A model generated the notes under the pieces. It did not search any database and was not told the origin of the DNA. It saw only the letters and a list, made by a program, of their open reading frames with translations. Positions 1 to 9,316 of a DNA stretch of 16,144 bases are shown here, in pieces. Numbering within the stretch: position 1 is the stretch's first letter; every line of letters begins with the position of its first letter. This stretch comes from a virus: UHGV virus genome UHGV-0251712. One strand, given 5' to 3'. A program made the position numbers and the translations under genes.

Positions 1-346
1 CAGCCTCTATGAACTTCGCGGCGGTTTCCTGATTCAGCTCCTTCGGGATGATATGCCCACGGCACAGCGTGCTGAAATTGCTCTGCATCCGGTTACGCTC
101 CTTCGTCGTCTTGGTCAGGTAGAGGTAGCAGGTGTGCTTCAGGTACGGACGGACGGCAAAGCCGGACTGATAGAGCGTTACTTCTCGCTCATGCCCGAAG
201 GCGACACGACCTTGCAGGACATTGACCTCTCGGCGAGGGAAATGCGCATCGGCGACAACCGCCTGTGCCTGCACACCCTGTCCGACGCGGAAGACCTGAT
301 TAAAAGCGCTCATAACACATCTGTCGGCCAGAAGGCGCGCCTCTGA
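1..346 (+). CDS. 3' part of an unidentified protein-coding gene; reading frame is open to the left window edge
   Basis: Frame of ORF 53..346 has no stop back to position 2, so the gene probably starts outside the window. Stop TGA at 344-346. No family recognised. Its last 16 codons lie inside the left arm of the 65-bp inverted repeat. Confidence 0.3.
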   Translation, partial: SLYELRGGFLIQLLRDDMPTAQRAEIALHPVTLLRRLGQVEVAGVLQVRTDGKAGLIERYFSLMPEGDTTLQDIDLSAREMRIGDNRLCLHTLSDAEDLIKSAHNTSVGQKARL

Positions 347-516
347 GTTATCCGACGGACATACCGGGAACAGTGTAATTTCCCGGCAGGAGCGAAAAAT
401 TTGAAAGGCGCATCTTACTCTTTTCGCTTTCAAAAAAAGAGTGGTCTTCGCGTCAACACACATGTCCGTCGGATAACTCAGAGGCGCGCCTTCTGGCCGA
501 CAGATGTGTTATGAGC
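298..516. repeat. Perfect 65-bp inverted repeat (arms 298-362 and 452-516) separated by an 89-bp spacer
   Basis: Reverse complement of 298-362 is identical to 452-516 when compared base by base; mismatches flank both ends. Spacer contains a smaller hairpin (ccgggaa...ttcccgg, about 364-386). Confidence 0.9.
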
Positions 517-563
517 GCTTTTAATCTTCATTACGGAGTTTCTGCGTGCGTGCCGATAAGTCA

Positions 564-1043
564 TTAAGCCCGTTTGAAATCCGGGTATACCGCCATAACC
601 GCATTGTGCATGGTACTCGGGTCGCGCTGGCATTCCTGCTCACTTTTCTCATTATCCGCCTGTTTACTATCCCGGAAAGCACCTTCCTGCAAGAGGCTAT
701 TAAAGAACTGATACCAGGGTTTAGCAAAATCATCACCGACTACACGAGCTACCGCCACCGCATACTGACCACCTGAAATTTCTGTCAAAATGACGCCCTC
801 ACTGTTTTCGGGAAGCGTAAAGTAACCCGGCACCGTCACGACGGTGTCGCAGCGTAATTTTTCGGCGGGTGTTTCATCTGGATTGTCGTAATAGACAGCA
901 ACCCACTCCTTCGGCACAATATTTTTGCTATCTACCCACATCATCAACTGCTCAAAGCCTTTCTTTACCGTCTGTTCCCACGGGCCAACGAGATGGAAAC
1001 CTGCAACGGTACGTTTCTCTTCCTGCTTAATCTCGTAGTTCAT
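564..1043 (-). CDS. sbmC: DNA gyrase inhibitor SbmC/GyrI (GyrI-like domain protein)
   Basis: Translation begins [71 protein letters not shown], which I recognise as E. coli SbmC. Position next to dacD matches the K-12 order, and a LexA box sits just upstream. The C-terminal ~40 residues were not verified. Confidence 0.8.
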   Translation of the reverse strand: MNYEIKQEEKRTVAGFHLVGPWEQTVKKGFEQLMMWVDSKNIVPKEWVAVYYDNPDETPAEKLRCDTVVTVPGYFTLPENSEGVILTEISGGQYAVAVARVVGDDFAKPWYQFFNSLLQEGAFRDSKQADNEKSEQECQRDPSTMHNAVMAVYPDFKRA

Positions 1044-1057
1044 GACGCCTCCATTAA

Positions 1058-1077
1058 TACTGTTTTTATATACAGTA
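1058..1077 (-). promoter_or_regulatory. LexA (SOS) box upstream of sbmC
   Basis: Sequence tactgtttttatatacagta fits the CTGT-N8-ACAG consensus, 15 bp upstream of the sbmC start codon; sbmC is a known SOS-regulated gene. Confidence 0.7.
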
Positions 1078-1161
1078 TAATTGCAAAATTAAAACCACAA
1101 GGAATGAGTGTTGATTATGCGAGCAGACTCGCACTCCTGCCAGTCTGCTGCAAAAGAAAGG

Positions 1162-2334
1162 TCAGGCCTTATGGTGGAAATAATCACTCAGGCGAGAAAA
1201 CATGCTGCCTTCCCCGACAGATTCCAGGGTAACCAGCGGCCAGTGCGCCACCTGTTTATCACGGTCGTAAAGTTCAATTTCCCCTACCCGCTGATGGGCG
1301 CTAATTGGCGCGGTGAGTTCTTTACCATCAAGGGTATATTTGGCTTTGATATGTGGAATTTCGGCTTTCGGTAGCACCATCCAGAACTCTTGTTCCGTTC
1401 CCAGGGCGATATTTTCTTTATCGCCATACCAGATGCGTTCCGTACCGACCTTTTTCCCACGGTGCAAAATTTGCACCGTAGTAAAGTTTTGTTGCCCCCA
1501 ACGCAGTAATTTTCTTGCCTCTTCCTCACGACCTTTTGCGCTGTCAGCACCCATTACCACTGCAATGAGACGACGCTGCCCATCTACAGCCGAAGCAATG
1601 AGATTAAACCCGGCACCAGAAGTATGACCCGTTTTCAGGCCGTCAACATTCATGGTTTTATCCCACAATAACCCGTTACGGTTTTGCTGGGTGATACCGT
1701 TCCAGGTGAGGCTTTTCTCACTGTACATATGATAAAACTCGGGCTCGCCGTGGATGATAGCACGAGAAAGCACAGCTAAATCATAAGCCGAGCTATGCTG
1801 GCCAGGTGCATCCAGACCATACACTGTTTCAAAATGCGTATCCTTGAGATGCAGCTTCTCGGCATAGTTGTTCATCATTTCAACAAACTGCCGTTGCCCA
1901 CCGGCAATATAGTCAGCCAGAGCAACACAAGCGTCATTTCCGGAATCCACAATTAAACCACGGCTTAAATCACGTACCGATACGCGATCGCCCTCTTTCA
2001 AAAACATCAGTGAAGAACCGACAAACACCGGATTATCTTTCGCCCACGCATCGCGCCCCACGGTGACAATATCGTCTGGCGTAATGCGATGACTATCGAT
2101 AGCGCGATCCACGACATAACCCGTCATCAGCTTTGTCAGGCTGGCGGGATTGCGCTGTTGATGCTCATTACCCGCGGTGAGGATCTGTCCGGTGGTGTAA
2201 TCCATCAGTACCCAGGACCCGGCATGAATCTCTGGAGGCTGAGGTGAAAAATGAATGTTTTCCGCCGCAAAACCAGACGATAAGTTAAAAACGAACAAAG
2301 AAGCAGCAATAATAAGACGGCGTTTCAACAGCAA
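1162..2334 (-). CDS. dacD: D-alanyl-D-alanine carboxypeptidase / penicillin-binding protein 6b (DacD)
   Basis: 390-aa ORF with signal-peptide-like N-terminus, SxxK motif (ASLTK), SGN and KTG motifs of class C low-molecular-weight PBPs; closely matches my recollection of E. coli DacD; adjacent to sbmC. Confidence 0.9.
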   Translation of the reverse strand: MLLKRRLIIAASLFVFNLSSGFAAENIHFSPQPPEIHAGSWVLMDYTTGQILTAGNEHQQRNPASLTKLMTGYVVDRAIDSHRITPDDIVTVGRDAWAKDNPVFVGSSLMFLKEGDRVSVRDLSRGLIVDSGNDACVALADYIAGGQRQFVEMMNNYAEKLHLKDTHFETVYGLDAPGQHSSAYDLAVLSRAIIHGEPEFYHMYSEKSLTWNGITQQNRNGLLWDKTMNVDGLKTGHTSGAGFNLIASAVDGQRRLIAVVMGADSAKGREEEARKLLRWGQQNFTTVQILHRGKKVGTERIWYGDKENIALGTEQEFWMVLPKAEIPHIKAKYTLDGKELTAPISAHQRVGEIELYDRDKQVAHWPLVTLESVGEGSMFSRLSDYFHHKA

Positions 2335-2536
2335 ACCCTCAGGAGTTTCAAATAGCTGTTCTTTTTACGGAAATACTTATGAACTGGCTGGAATAAAGTG
2401 CAAGAAAATGTGACTACCCTCGCATTTTTATCTGACATGATCTGTTGCCACTCGCTGTCAAATTGTTGCGCTAAAGCTGATTAGCACGGTGATATTTGAT
2501 ACTCTGGCAGACAGCAGAAATAACGGATTTAACCTA

Positions 2537-2584
2537 ATGATGAATGACGGTAAGCAACAATCTACCTTTTTGTTTCACGATTAC
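2537..2584 (+). pseudogene. sbcB: 5' fragment of sbcB (exonuclease I): first 16 codons only
   Basis: Translation MMNDGKQQSTFLFHDY matches the N-terminus of E. coli exonuclease I as I recall it (continues ETFGTHPALD in the intact protein). Here it continues AQHP and stops. Divergent orientation from dacD matches K-12. Confidence 0.6.
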
Positions 2585-3205
2585 GCGCAACACCCCTGAG
2601 AACCGCCATGAACAAGGGTTTCATGATTTGTGATTTTAGTTTGGTACGCAATTTGGTACACAACACAATTTTCACTTCAGCGGGTAGTCATCAAACTCAC
2701 CATAACGAGCATCGTTAATGATGTATGTGATCACCACAAACATCACATCTGGACTAGTTCCGCTTTCATGCGCAGGTATTTGTTCACGCCTCCCTTTCTG
2801 CAAATCATAAAGATGAGATTTTGGGGTTTTGGGATATCTTTTATCCGCAGTTCTCTATCCATTATGCAAACCAGTAATGAACCATCACCGTGTGATAGTG
2901 AGGCATCTGCCACGATAAGCGCAGAGAAATGATGCAGTGGTGGGCGGACTGGATTGATGAGAAGGTGGAGTGAACCACCTTAACCACTATCGAAGAGCAC
3001 AAAGCCTTGCAATCCAGTACAAAACTTTGTTTGTCTCATCAACTACCGCAAGTATCGATCGATGGAGCCTTGGATGATAGAATAAATTCGTAGCACTTTT
3101 TTTTAAAGTATCATCTCGCTCATGGTTACGTGATAGAAAAAGGACAAAATAATCTTAAATTTAAAAGCATATAAATCATACAAATAAAATTGTGGTGGGT
3201 GCGTA

Positions 3206-4204
3206 ATGTCTGATATTCGACAAAATAGAATAGAGTTAAATGAAGTGCATATAGCTCGCTCCATGGCTATATTTCTAGTTGTTTTACTTCATTCTTCAGG
3301 TGCTTTTTTTATGCAGTTTGGAGATCATTGGTGGATTGTTAATTTATACAGTTCTTTTTCAAGGCAGTGTATAGGTCTTTTTTTTCTTATCACTGGATAC
3401 CTATTTTATGAAAAAAACATAAACCCAACAGCACACCTAAAAAAAGGAGTGTCGAGATTGATAATACCATTCATATTTTGGTGGGTGGTATATTATATCT
3501 ACAATACAGAGATTAACAACAAATCATATAATTCTATATTTCAACCAAGTGAGGTACACCTTTGGTTTATGTATGCATATATTTGTATATATATGTTTTT
3601 ACCAATAATTTGCAACTCATTAAAACACATACCAACATATTACATTTTAATTATTGTAAGCATGCTTTTTTACTCAAATTCCATTGTCCCTGTAGTTGAT
3701 AAAACGATAATGAAGGTAACATGGTTTGATGTAAAACTAGTGTCTGAAAATGGGATATATATTCTTATTGGGGCAATAATAAGGAGATATAACGATAAAA
3801 TAAAAAAATGCAATGCAGTGATACCATTGGTGATTATTGTTATGTCGTGCCTGTTAACATCAATGGCATCTAGTTGGTGGTCTGAAATAACAGGCAGGCC
3901 TGAGCAGTTTTTCTTTAAAAATACATCTCCACTTGTATTAATATGTGTTATTTCTTCATTTACATTATGCATGTCATACTCAAAAATAATTAGCAAAAGA
4001 TTAATGAATTTATTTACATCAATATCAAATGTTTCATTTGGTATATACTTCGTCCATTTCTTTTTTGTTAGAGAAATTAGACTCGGGTATAATCAAGAAA
4101 ACGCATATTTCATGATACCATTGCTAACAATCATTTATTTTTTAATGTCATATTGCATATCAATAATTCTAAGCAAGATCCCTTTGCTTAGAAAAGTAAT
4201 ATAA
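3206..4204 (+). CDS. Acyltransferase family 3 integral membrane protein, probable phage-encoded O-antigen O-acetyltransferase (Oac-like)
   Basis: 332 aa, highly hydrophobic with many predicted transmembrane segments. N-terminal pattern R-x-E-L-N...A-R-S-M-A-I-F-L-V-V-L-L-H resembles the acyltransferase-3 signature. Strongly AT-rich relative to neighbours. Convergent with and abutting the tailspike gene, as in Sf6-like phages. Confidence 0.7.
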   Translation: MSDIRQNRIELNEVHIARSMAIFLVVLLHSSGAFFMQFGDHWWIVNLYSSFSRQCIGLFFLITGYLFYEKNINPTAHLKKGVSRLIIPFIFWWVVYYIYNTEINNKSYNSIFQPSEVHLWFMYAYICIYMFLPIICNSLKHIPTYYILIIVSMLFYSNSIVPVVDKTIMKVTWFDVKLVSENGIYILIGAIIRRYNDKIKKCNAVIPLVIIVMSCLLTSMASSWWSEITGRPEQFFFKNTSPLVLICVISSFTLCMSYSKIISKRLMNLFTSISNVSFGIYFVHFFFVREIRLGYNQENAYFMIPLLTIIYFLMSYCISIILSKIPLLRKVI

Positions 4205-6451
4205 TTATGGATTGTTAACCTTCCATCTTTTATCATAGTAATGCAAATATCCCTGAGACGTTAGTGTCATATGGACAATCGCTTGGGATATTTGCGCGTT
4301 CTGAAAATTAACTCTAATAAATACTTGAGTGCCAATTGTTATTTTTGATACAGATATCCCGTCAAGAGTCTTGTCTCCTTGTATTTTATTAACCCAAACA
4401 CCTGACGAAGACAAGGTTGCCTGATCCTTTCCGCTTATACTAAATATAATTTTACCTCCTGTTGCCAGTGAGGTGTTTACTCCATTTTGAGATATTGGAA
4501 TTATTGTAATTTCACCAGCAATGAAAACACCATTTTTGTATTTAGATACCTCACCTTGTTCACAAATTAAAATATCAATACATCTACCCCATGGTACTAG
4601 GATTGTTGCATTTTCAGTTTTTACTTGTGGATATACAGCTGAAACACCTGCAGATTCGAAATTTTTTGCTGATAAAACAACTCCGTCAGATCCATTTCTA
4701 AATCCCATTCCTGTATGATCACCGTATGTCCTTCCATGAGAGATGAATCCTCTTACATACTCTTCGGATACTGCGCTACCAGTGGTTTCCTTCTGAAAGA
4801 TAAATGTTTCACCAAAAGAAAAACCACGACATTGGTATTGGCTCTGATAATTTTCTGAGTTCTTAAAAAAGGAAATGCCTTTATATGCTGTTACATAGCC
4901 AGATCTAAATTGAACGGAAACAGGGGTTGTTTGTTCATCTGGAGGTAACTCCACAAAATGTGTAACATTTTGGCTGTTTGATTCCTGTAACCATACAGAA
5001 ACACCATCTATAATCATGGTTGAAAATCTACTGTTTATTTCTAACTCAGAAAAATCAAGAACATGATCACCTGTAACACCCTCAACTCCAAACCCATCAA
5101 TACTTAAAGACCTGAACTGATAGAATTTATGCGGTAACTCACAACCATCAGCTGCAATATTCATTGCGCTAGTGTACATTAATGGGTAAGGACTTATAAT
5201 TGGTTCATATGTTTCTCTATCTATTGCAGCCCCCCAAAGATACCCAACATTACAATGTCTTGCCCAGTTGGAAGAGAATGTAGTAGATGTGCCAGCCAAA
5301 CCGAAACCATAGATACAATCATATGCTTGGTTGTTTGTAACATTACTGACAAAGCATGATAAGGGAAGTGCAAATTTATAATGTAGAAATATGTTATTTT
5401 TAATATCATATTCACTACCCCCGCCAAAGGTTTGTGTTTGACCAGAAATGGCCAATGGGCTACCTGAATATTCATCGTCAGCGTTGCGAAAACACATATT
5501 CTTTACTTTAAGATTGTGCCCCCAACTTCCCATAACAAAACCACCACTTCCTGATGTATAAACAATACTTTTTTGTGGATTAATCCCATATAGATTTAGA
5601 CTAATCCCTTCCCATCTAAACTGGCTAATGTCAATTTGAGTGTTACCAATATATATAGGCTGGTCTATGAAAACAGGAAGTTTAGTTAGATAAGCTTTAT
5701 TAAGTGCTAATCCATCATTTGTTACACCTGTTAAATCAACGCCCCCCATGCTTGGCGCTCTAGGATACCCTGTGGCCTGAATAGTACTCCAGTCAATATA
5801 TGGAGCATCCATCCACGCTCCAAACATACGTGGTGTTACGTACCCCTTACCTTGAAGATCACGTTTCCAGCGTTTACCACCCACAGTGACAATGACCATG
5901 CCGTTATCATCTGCAGAAGTAGAATCTGTGAAATCGGCCACAAACAGACCACCACCAGTATCACCTGATACTGTCGGCTTCATGCCTGTAGTGTGGAAGT
6001 CGACGAAAATCTTTTGCTGATCTCGCTCAGGCTCAATTGTCCTTAACATTGCTATATCAGGGCATGTCCCGATGTATTTAAGACCGTCTTCCCCTGATAG
6101 AGATACTTTAAGCTGATCAGGATCATATTTAAGAACATTCGGAAAATAGAACTGCTGTGCACCATATGCATCATAAACAGCCATAGAATGGCCTTGCACA
6201 GTTACGAACTTGGCAATCTGTCCGTTATATACCGGATATCCAGCAGCGTTAATGATGATTGGTTGCGAAACAGGAACGCGAGAACCGTCTTCATTCTCCA
6301 CATAAACCTGAATCTGGTTTTCAGGATTTACCGGGTCAGTGTCAATTTTACCGATATAAATTTTGCCATTGGCTACGGCTTTAAAAGAACGAGCCATAGT
6401 GAAGAGTTGCGAAGGCATGCTTACCACAACATTTGCGGTGATATCTGACAT
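4205..6451 (-). CDS. P22-like tailspike protein (gene 9 homologue) with conserved head-binding N-terminal domain and divergent receptor-binding domain
   Basis: From the internal Met, [43 protein letters not shown]...VLKYDPDQ aligns with the P22 tailspike N-terminal domain ([43 protein letters not shown]). A GGAG ribosome-binding site sits 7 nt upstream of the ATG at 6449-6451. The ORF-track start at 6499 is probably an upstream extension. Confidence 0.85.
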   Translation of the reverse strand: MSDITANVVVSMPSQLFTMARSFKAVANGKIYIGKIDTDPVNPENQIQVYVENEDGSRVPVSQPIIINAAGYPVYNGQIAKFVTVQGHSMAVYDAYGAQQFYFPNVLKYDPDQLKVSLSGEDGLKYIGTCPDIAMLRTIEPERDQQKIFVDFHTTGMKPTVSGDTGGGLFVADFTDSTSADDNGMVIVTVGGKRWKRDLQGKGYVTPRMFGAWMDAPYIDWSTIQATGYPRAPSMGGVDLTGVTNDGLALNKAYLTKLPVFIDQPIYIGNTQIDISQFRWEGISLNLYGINPQKSIVYTSGSGGFVMGSWGHNLKVKNMCFRNADDEYSGSPLAISGQTQTFGGGSEYDIKNNIFLHYKFALPLSCFVSNVTNNQAYDCIYGFGLAGTSTTFSSNWARHCNVGYLWGAAIDRETYEPIISPYPLMYTSAMNIAADGCELPHKFYQFRSLSIDGFGVEGVTGDHVLDFSELEINSRFSTMIIDGVSVWLQESNSQNVTHFVELPPDEQTTPVSVQFRSGYVTAYKGISFFKNSENYQSQYQCRGFSFGETFIFQKETTGSAVSEEYVRGFISHGRTYGDHTGMGFRNGSDGVVLSAKNFESAGVSAVYPQVKTENATILVPWGRCIDILICEQGEVSKYKNGVFIAGEITIIPISQNGVNTSLATGGKIIFSISGKDQATLSSSGVWVNKIQGDKTLDGISVSKITIGTQVFIRVNFQNAQISQAIVHMTLTSQGYLHYYDKRWKVNNP

Positions 6452-6572
6452 TTCATTGCTCCAGACGAATGATATGATGCAACCATGATGTGATTGCATA
6501 CCGAAATGGTACTATTGAGTATTTATCCAGTAGGTTACGATGCCATTCCACCCAACTGGTGAGGCATCAAGG

Positions 6573-6833
6573 ATGTACAGCAAATACGACGAGGCGCAGT
6601 TTCACTTGAGACTTCCGCATGAACTCCACGCGAAAATTAAGCAGCGTGCGAAGATGAATAACAGGTCGCTGAACTCAGAGATAATTGCAGCGATTGAAGA
6701 ATCATTGGCTAAACAAAGCTCTGCATCTGTTTACATTGACGATGCAGAGCGTATGGCAGAACAACAATCTGATATGGTTAAGAAAATTGTCTTTGATACG
6801 CTCAAGGAGCTATATAAAAAAGACAGCAGCTAA
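6573..6833 (+). CDS. mnt: Mnt-like ribbon-helix-helix repressor (P22 immI region)
   Basis: QFHLRLPHELHAKIKQRAKMNNRSLNSEII...DDAERMAEQQSDMVKKIVFDTLKELYKK aligns with P22 Mnt (HFNFRMPMEVREKLKFRAEANGRSMNSELL...NDAERLADEQSELVKKMVFDTLKDLYKK). AAGGA ribosome-binding site before the ATG at 6573. Divergent from the tailspike gene. Confidence 0.75.
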   Translation: MYSKYDEAQFHLRLPHELHAKIKQRAKMNNRSLNSEIIAAIEESLAKQSSASVYIDDAERMAEQQSDMVKKIVFDTLKELYKKDSS

Positions 6834-6922
6834 CCATCAGTTACGGAGGATTTATGCAAAGAGATATGCTGAACATTGCGTTCTACATATTTGGTTTTTG
6901 CACGTTCCTGGTGTTTGCGAAG

Positions 6923-9316
6923 CTATTCTGACAACGCATCAGACTTGGCACCCTGAGTAAGGGCGTTAATGGCCTTTTGCGCCTGCTGCATGGCTTTCTC
7001 AAACGCTGTTGATCCGCGTGGGGTGTTTGCCATTCGGAGCATTGCATTTCTGAATGGCTCGCTCTCATAGGCGCGAGTAAGAAGTCCGTAGCTTACTGCT
7101 GCGCCAGTTGTCGCCGGGTTCATTGCCGTCCCATATCCGATAATGAACGGGATGGTTTGCTGCCCTGTTGGTGTTGTTACTGCCGCTTTTGCTGCCTGCT
7201 GAGTGGACTGAAGGTAGTTTTTCAATCCTTTCAGATAAGCGGCTTCCTGACCTTTAAATGTGATGCCAGTCTGGTTTTGCAGGATGTTAAGCTGTCGAAG
7301 GAACTGGTCAGGTGAACCACCTGATTTCTCTATCGCCTTTCCAATAATGCCATTGCGCATTTGCGCTCTTCCAACGCGACCAACTGAGTTATACAGCGTC
7401 TTAATTTCCGATTTGTTCTTGCTGAATAGCATGTTGTTGACAACTTCCGGCGTCAGGTCGCCTTTCATGAGAACATTCTTCAGCCTGGTATTCTTTAGTT
7501 TCGCCGCTTCGTCAGCGTATACGGCATTGGCCTGCTGATATTTACGGAGAGTATCGTTGCCAAGATTCTGACCAATGGCACCATTGATATCGTCTGTCAT
7601 CGCCTTGTAAACGCGCTGAATGGCAGCATCGGAACGGTTTGGTAACACTGGTCGTTCACCCTTCACGTCCATTCTGAACTGGCTGCGCAGATCGCTTAAT
7701 TGCTTCAAATCCAGATTTACCGGACCATCAGGACCAGCATTGCGAACAAGCTCATCACGATATGACTGAAGTTTTGAAATAGTCTCGTTATCAGCAACCT
7801 TACCAAGCTTCTGCAGGTTAGATATTTCTGTATCAATCTGCTGAATTGCTCGCGCAGGCTGAATGTTTACTCCAGCCATAGCATTCTGAACCTGCTCCAG
7901 TCGATTACCGGCGGCACGACGAATTCCTGATGTTTTCGCTTTAAGGCTGTCAATAACAACAGATGGATCATACTCACCGAATTTATCAGCAAATCTCTGC
8001 ACCAACTGGCTTCTCGCTTCCTGTTGCGTTGCTCTCATTCCGCTTGTGCCAGCCAGAGGAATATTTTCTGCTGTAGTCTGCGCCATTTTTCCGACGCGGG
8101 AAGTAGGCTGTAACAGGTCTGTGGTGTGCAGAGGAACTCCTTCACGCTCTGCAAATCTGATAGCTTGCTGTGCTTCTGGCGCGATAGCACCACGAACGCC
8201 ACGATAAGCAGCACCTAATCCACGTCCGGCAGCGTTAATAGCACCGCCAGCAAGTACACCAACGCCTAAATCGGTGGCGAGTGCTTCCGCATCATCTTTC
8301 GCACTATTTGCAGCAAGTGATCCAACTGCGTTTTCTGCTAGAAGGCGAGTTGCCCCCTGAGCAATTCGACCAGCAAGTGTTGGTGCCTGTGCTGCCGCTC
8401 TCTCAACGCCAGCAGGAGTGAGGTAAGGCAATGCTTCAGCAAATACCCTTCCCTCTGTCGTTTGTGGAGTCAGCGCGCCTTGCCGAAGGCCAAAGTCCCG
8501 CTCTAATCCCTGCGTTGTTACTCGTGGTGCTGGTTGATATGTACCATCGCCAATGCCGAGTTTACCGCCAGCCCAAGCCGCCGCGCTTGTTACAGCATCA
8601 GTGAGTTCAGCAGGTATGTTCGCTACGTTGATTCCTGCCTGTAGTATGCCGCGCCCGGTTTCAGCAAGTCCATTACCAAGGTCAGACATTATTCCGCCTT
8701 GCTGCTGAACAGGTTTCGGTGCGACAGAACTTACGGGTTGAGGTGGCTGCTGACTGGCTGCCTGCTGCTCAATCTGAGCAAATGGATTATTTGGGTCTGA
8801 CTGCACACCTGATGCCGATACTTGTTCGGATGACTGTACTTCCAGTTGTGCAAACGGGTTGTTAGGGTCTTGCTGAGGATGTACCTTTGCAGAGGTGGCG
8901 CGCTGTTCGACTGTTGAGTCTGTCACCGGGTCACCCGCCCATTGAGCAAAGCGATCATCAACGTAACCGCGGCCTTCAGGTCCTGGCGTATATTCACCAC
9001 GCTTTGCCTTCATAACGTTGCCGGGACCGTCGTGATAAGCCTGAAGAGCGTCACGCCAGTTACCAAACTGCTGGTACATCTTTGCCAGATAGCGCGCGCC
9101 AGCGTCAGCCTGATATTCGGGGTTTTGCATTTGCTCATCGGTATAACCCATATCACGCCATGTCCCAGGCATGACCTGAGTCAATCCTACAGCCCCGGCG
9201 GAGCTTACTGCGGCAGGGTTGTAAGAAGACTCCTTGGCACCCAGTGCAGTCATCAACCCTTCTGGCACACCGTAACGTGCGCCAGCCTGCTCTAACAAAT
9301 CACGGTAATTAGCCAT
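6923..9316 (-). CDS. Phage ejection/injection (internal virion) protein with N-terminal lytic transglycosylase-like domain
   Basis: 797 aa. N-terminus (GVPEGLMTALGAKESSYNPAAVSSAGAVGLTQVMPGTW) resembles the SLT-domain catalytic region (E-S...GLMQ pattern). Start ATG immediately follows the stop of the upstream 443-aa gene. Sits between the ejection genes and the mnt/tailspike region, like P22 gene 16. Confidence 0.65.
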   Translation of the reverse strand: MANYRDLLEQAGARYGVPEGLMTALGAKESSYNPAAVSSAGAVGLTQVMPGTWRDMGYTDEQMQNPEYQADAGARYLAKMYQQFGNWRDALQAYHDGPGNVMKAKRGEYTPGPEGRGYVDDRFAQWAGDPVTDSTVEQRATSAKVHPQQDPNNPFAQLEVQSSEQVSASGVQSDPNNPFAQIEQQAASQQPPQPVSSVAPKPVQQQGGIMSDLGNGLAETGRGILQAGINVANIPAELTDAVTSAAAWAGGKLGIGDGTYQPAPRVTTQGLERDFGLRQGALTPQTTEGRVFAEALPYLTPAGVERAAAQAPTLAGRIAQGATRLLAENAVGSLAANSAKDDAEALATDLGVGVLAGGAINAAGRGLGAAYRGVRGAIAPEAQQAIRFAEREGVPLHTTDLLQPTSRVGKMAQTTAENIPLAGTSGMRATQQEARSQLVQRFADKFGEYDPSVVIDSLKAKTSGIRRAAGNRLEQVQNAMAGVNIQPARAIQQIDTEISNLQKLGKVADNETISKLQSYRDELVRNAGPDGPVNLDLKQLSDLRSQFRMDVKGERPVLPNRSDAAIQRVYKAMTDDINGAIGQNLGNDTLRKYQQANAVYADEAAKLKNTRLKNVLMKGDLTPEVVNNMLFSKNKSEIKTLYNSVGRVGRAQMRNGIIGKAIEKSGGSPDQFLRQLNILQNQTGITFKGQEAAYLKGLKNYLQSTQQAAKAAVTTPTGQQTIPFIIGYGTAMNPATTGAAVSYGLLTRAYESEPFRNAMLRMANTPRGSTAFEKAMQQAQKAINALTQGAKSDALSE

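Noticed and set aside
521-776. ORFs 521-736 (-) and 546-776 (+) overlapping the sbmC 3' end
   Set aside because: They overlap sbmC in other frames and show no protein-like features. I also noticed that the last ~40 residues of this sbmC ORF are polar-rich and do not match my recollection of SbmC, and that no yeeA-like minus-strand gene follows sbmC, which could mean another rearrangement junction near 686. My memory of the SbmC C-terminus is not reliable enough to assert this; it needs an alignment to reference sbmC.
1108-1627. Plus-strand ORFs 993-1232, 1108-1374, 1313-1627 and minus ORF 1284-1550 overlapping dacD
   Set aside because: They lie within or antisense to the well-supported dacD reading frame and have no ribosome-binding site or recognisable protein features; frame-shadow ORFs.
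2630-2932. ORF 2630-2932 (+), 100 aa
   Set aside because: Low-complexity, no ribosome-binding site, lies in the non-coding junction region between the sbcB fragment and the acyltransferase; more likely att-proximal non-coding DNA.
2963-2982. Hairpin aaggtgg-agtgaa-ccacctt in the junction region
   Set aside because: A 7-bp stem without a T-run and not adjacent to a gene end; could be chance or part of an att region.
3670-3996. Minus-strand ORF inside the acyltransferase gene
   Set aside because: Antisense to a strongly supported membrane-protein ORF in an AT-rich region where stop-free stretches arise by chance.
4205-6499. Tailspike start at 6499 as given by the ORF track
   Set aside because: The first 16 residues ([16 protein letters not shown]) have no counterpart in P22-type tailspikes; the ATG at 6449-6451 gives the conserved [10 protein letters not shown] start and has a GGAG ribosome-binding site.
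6452-6572. Mnt operator or P_ant-like promoter between mnt and the tailspike gene
   Set aside because: Only a weak inverted repeat (atgcaa-N11-ttgcat, about 6476-6499) was found and nothing matching the P22 operator as I remember it; too weak to call.
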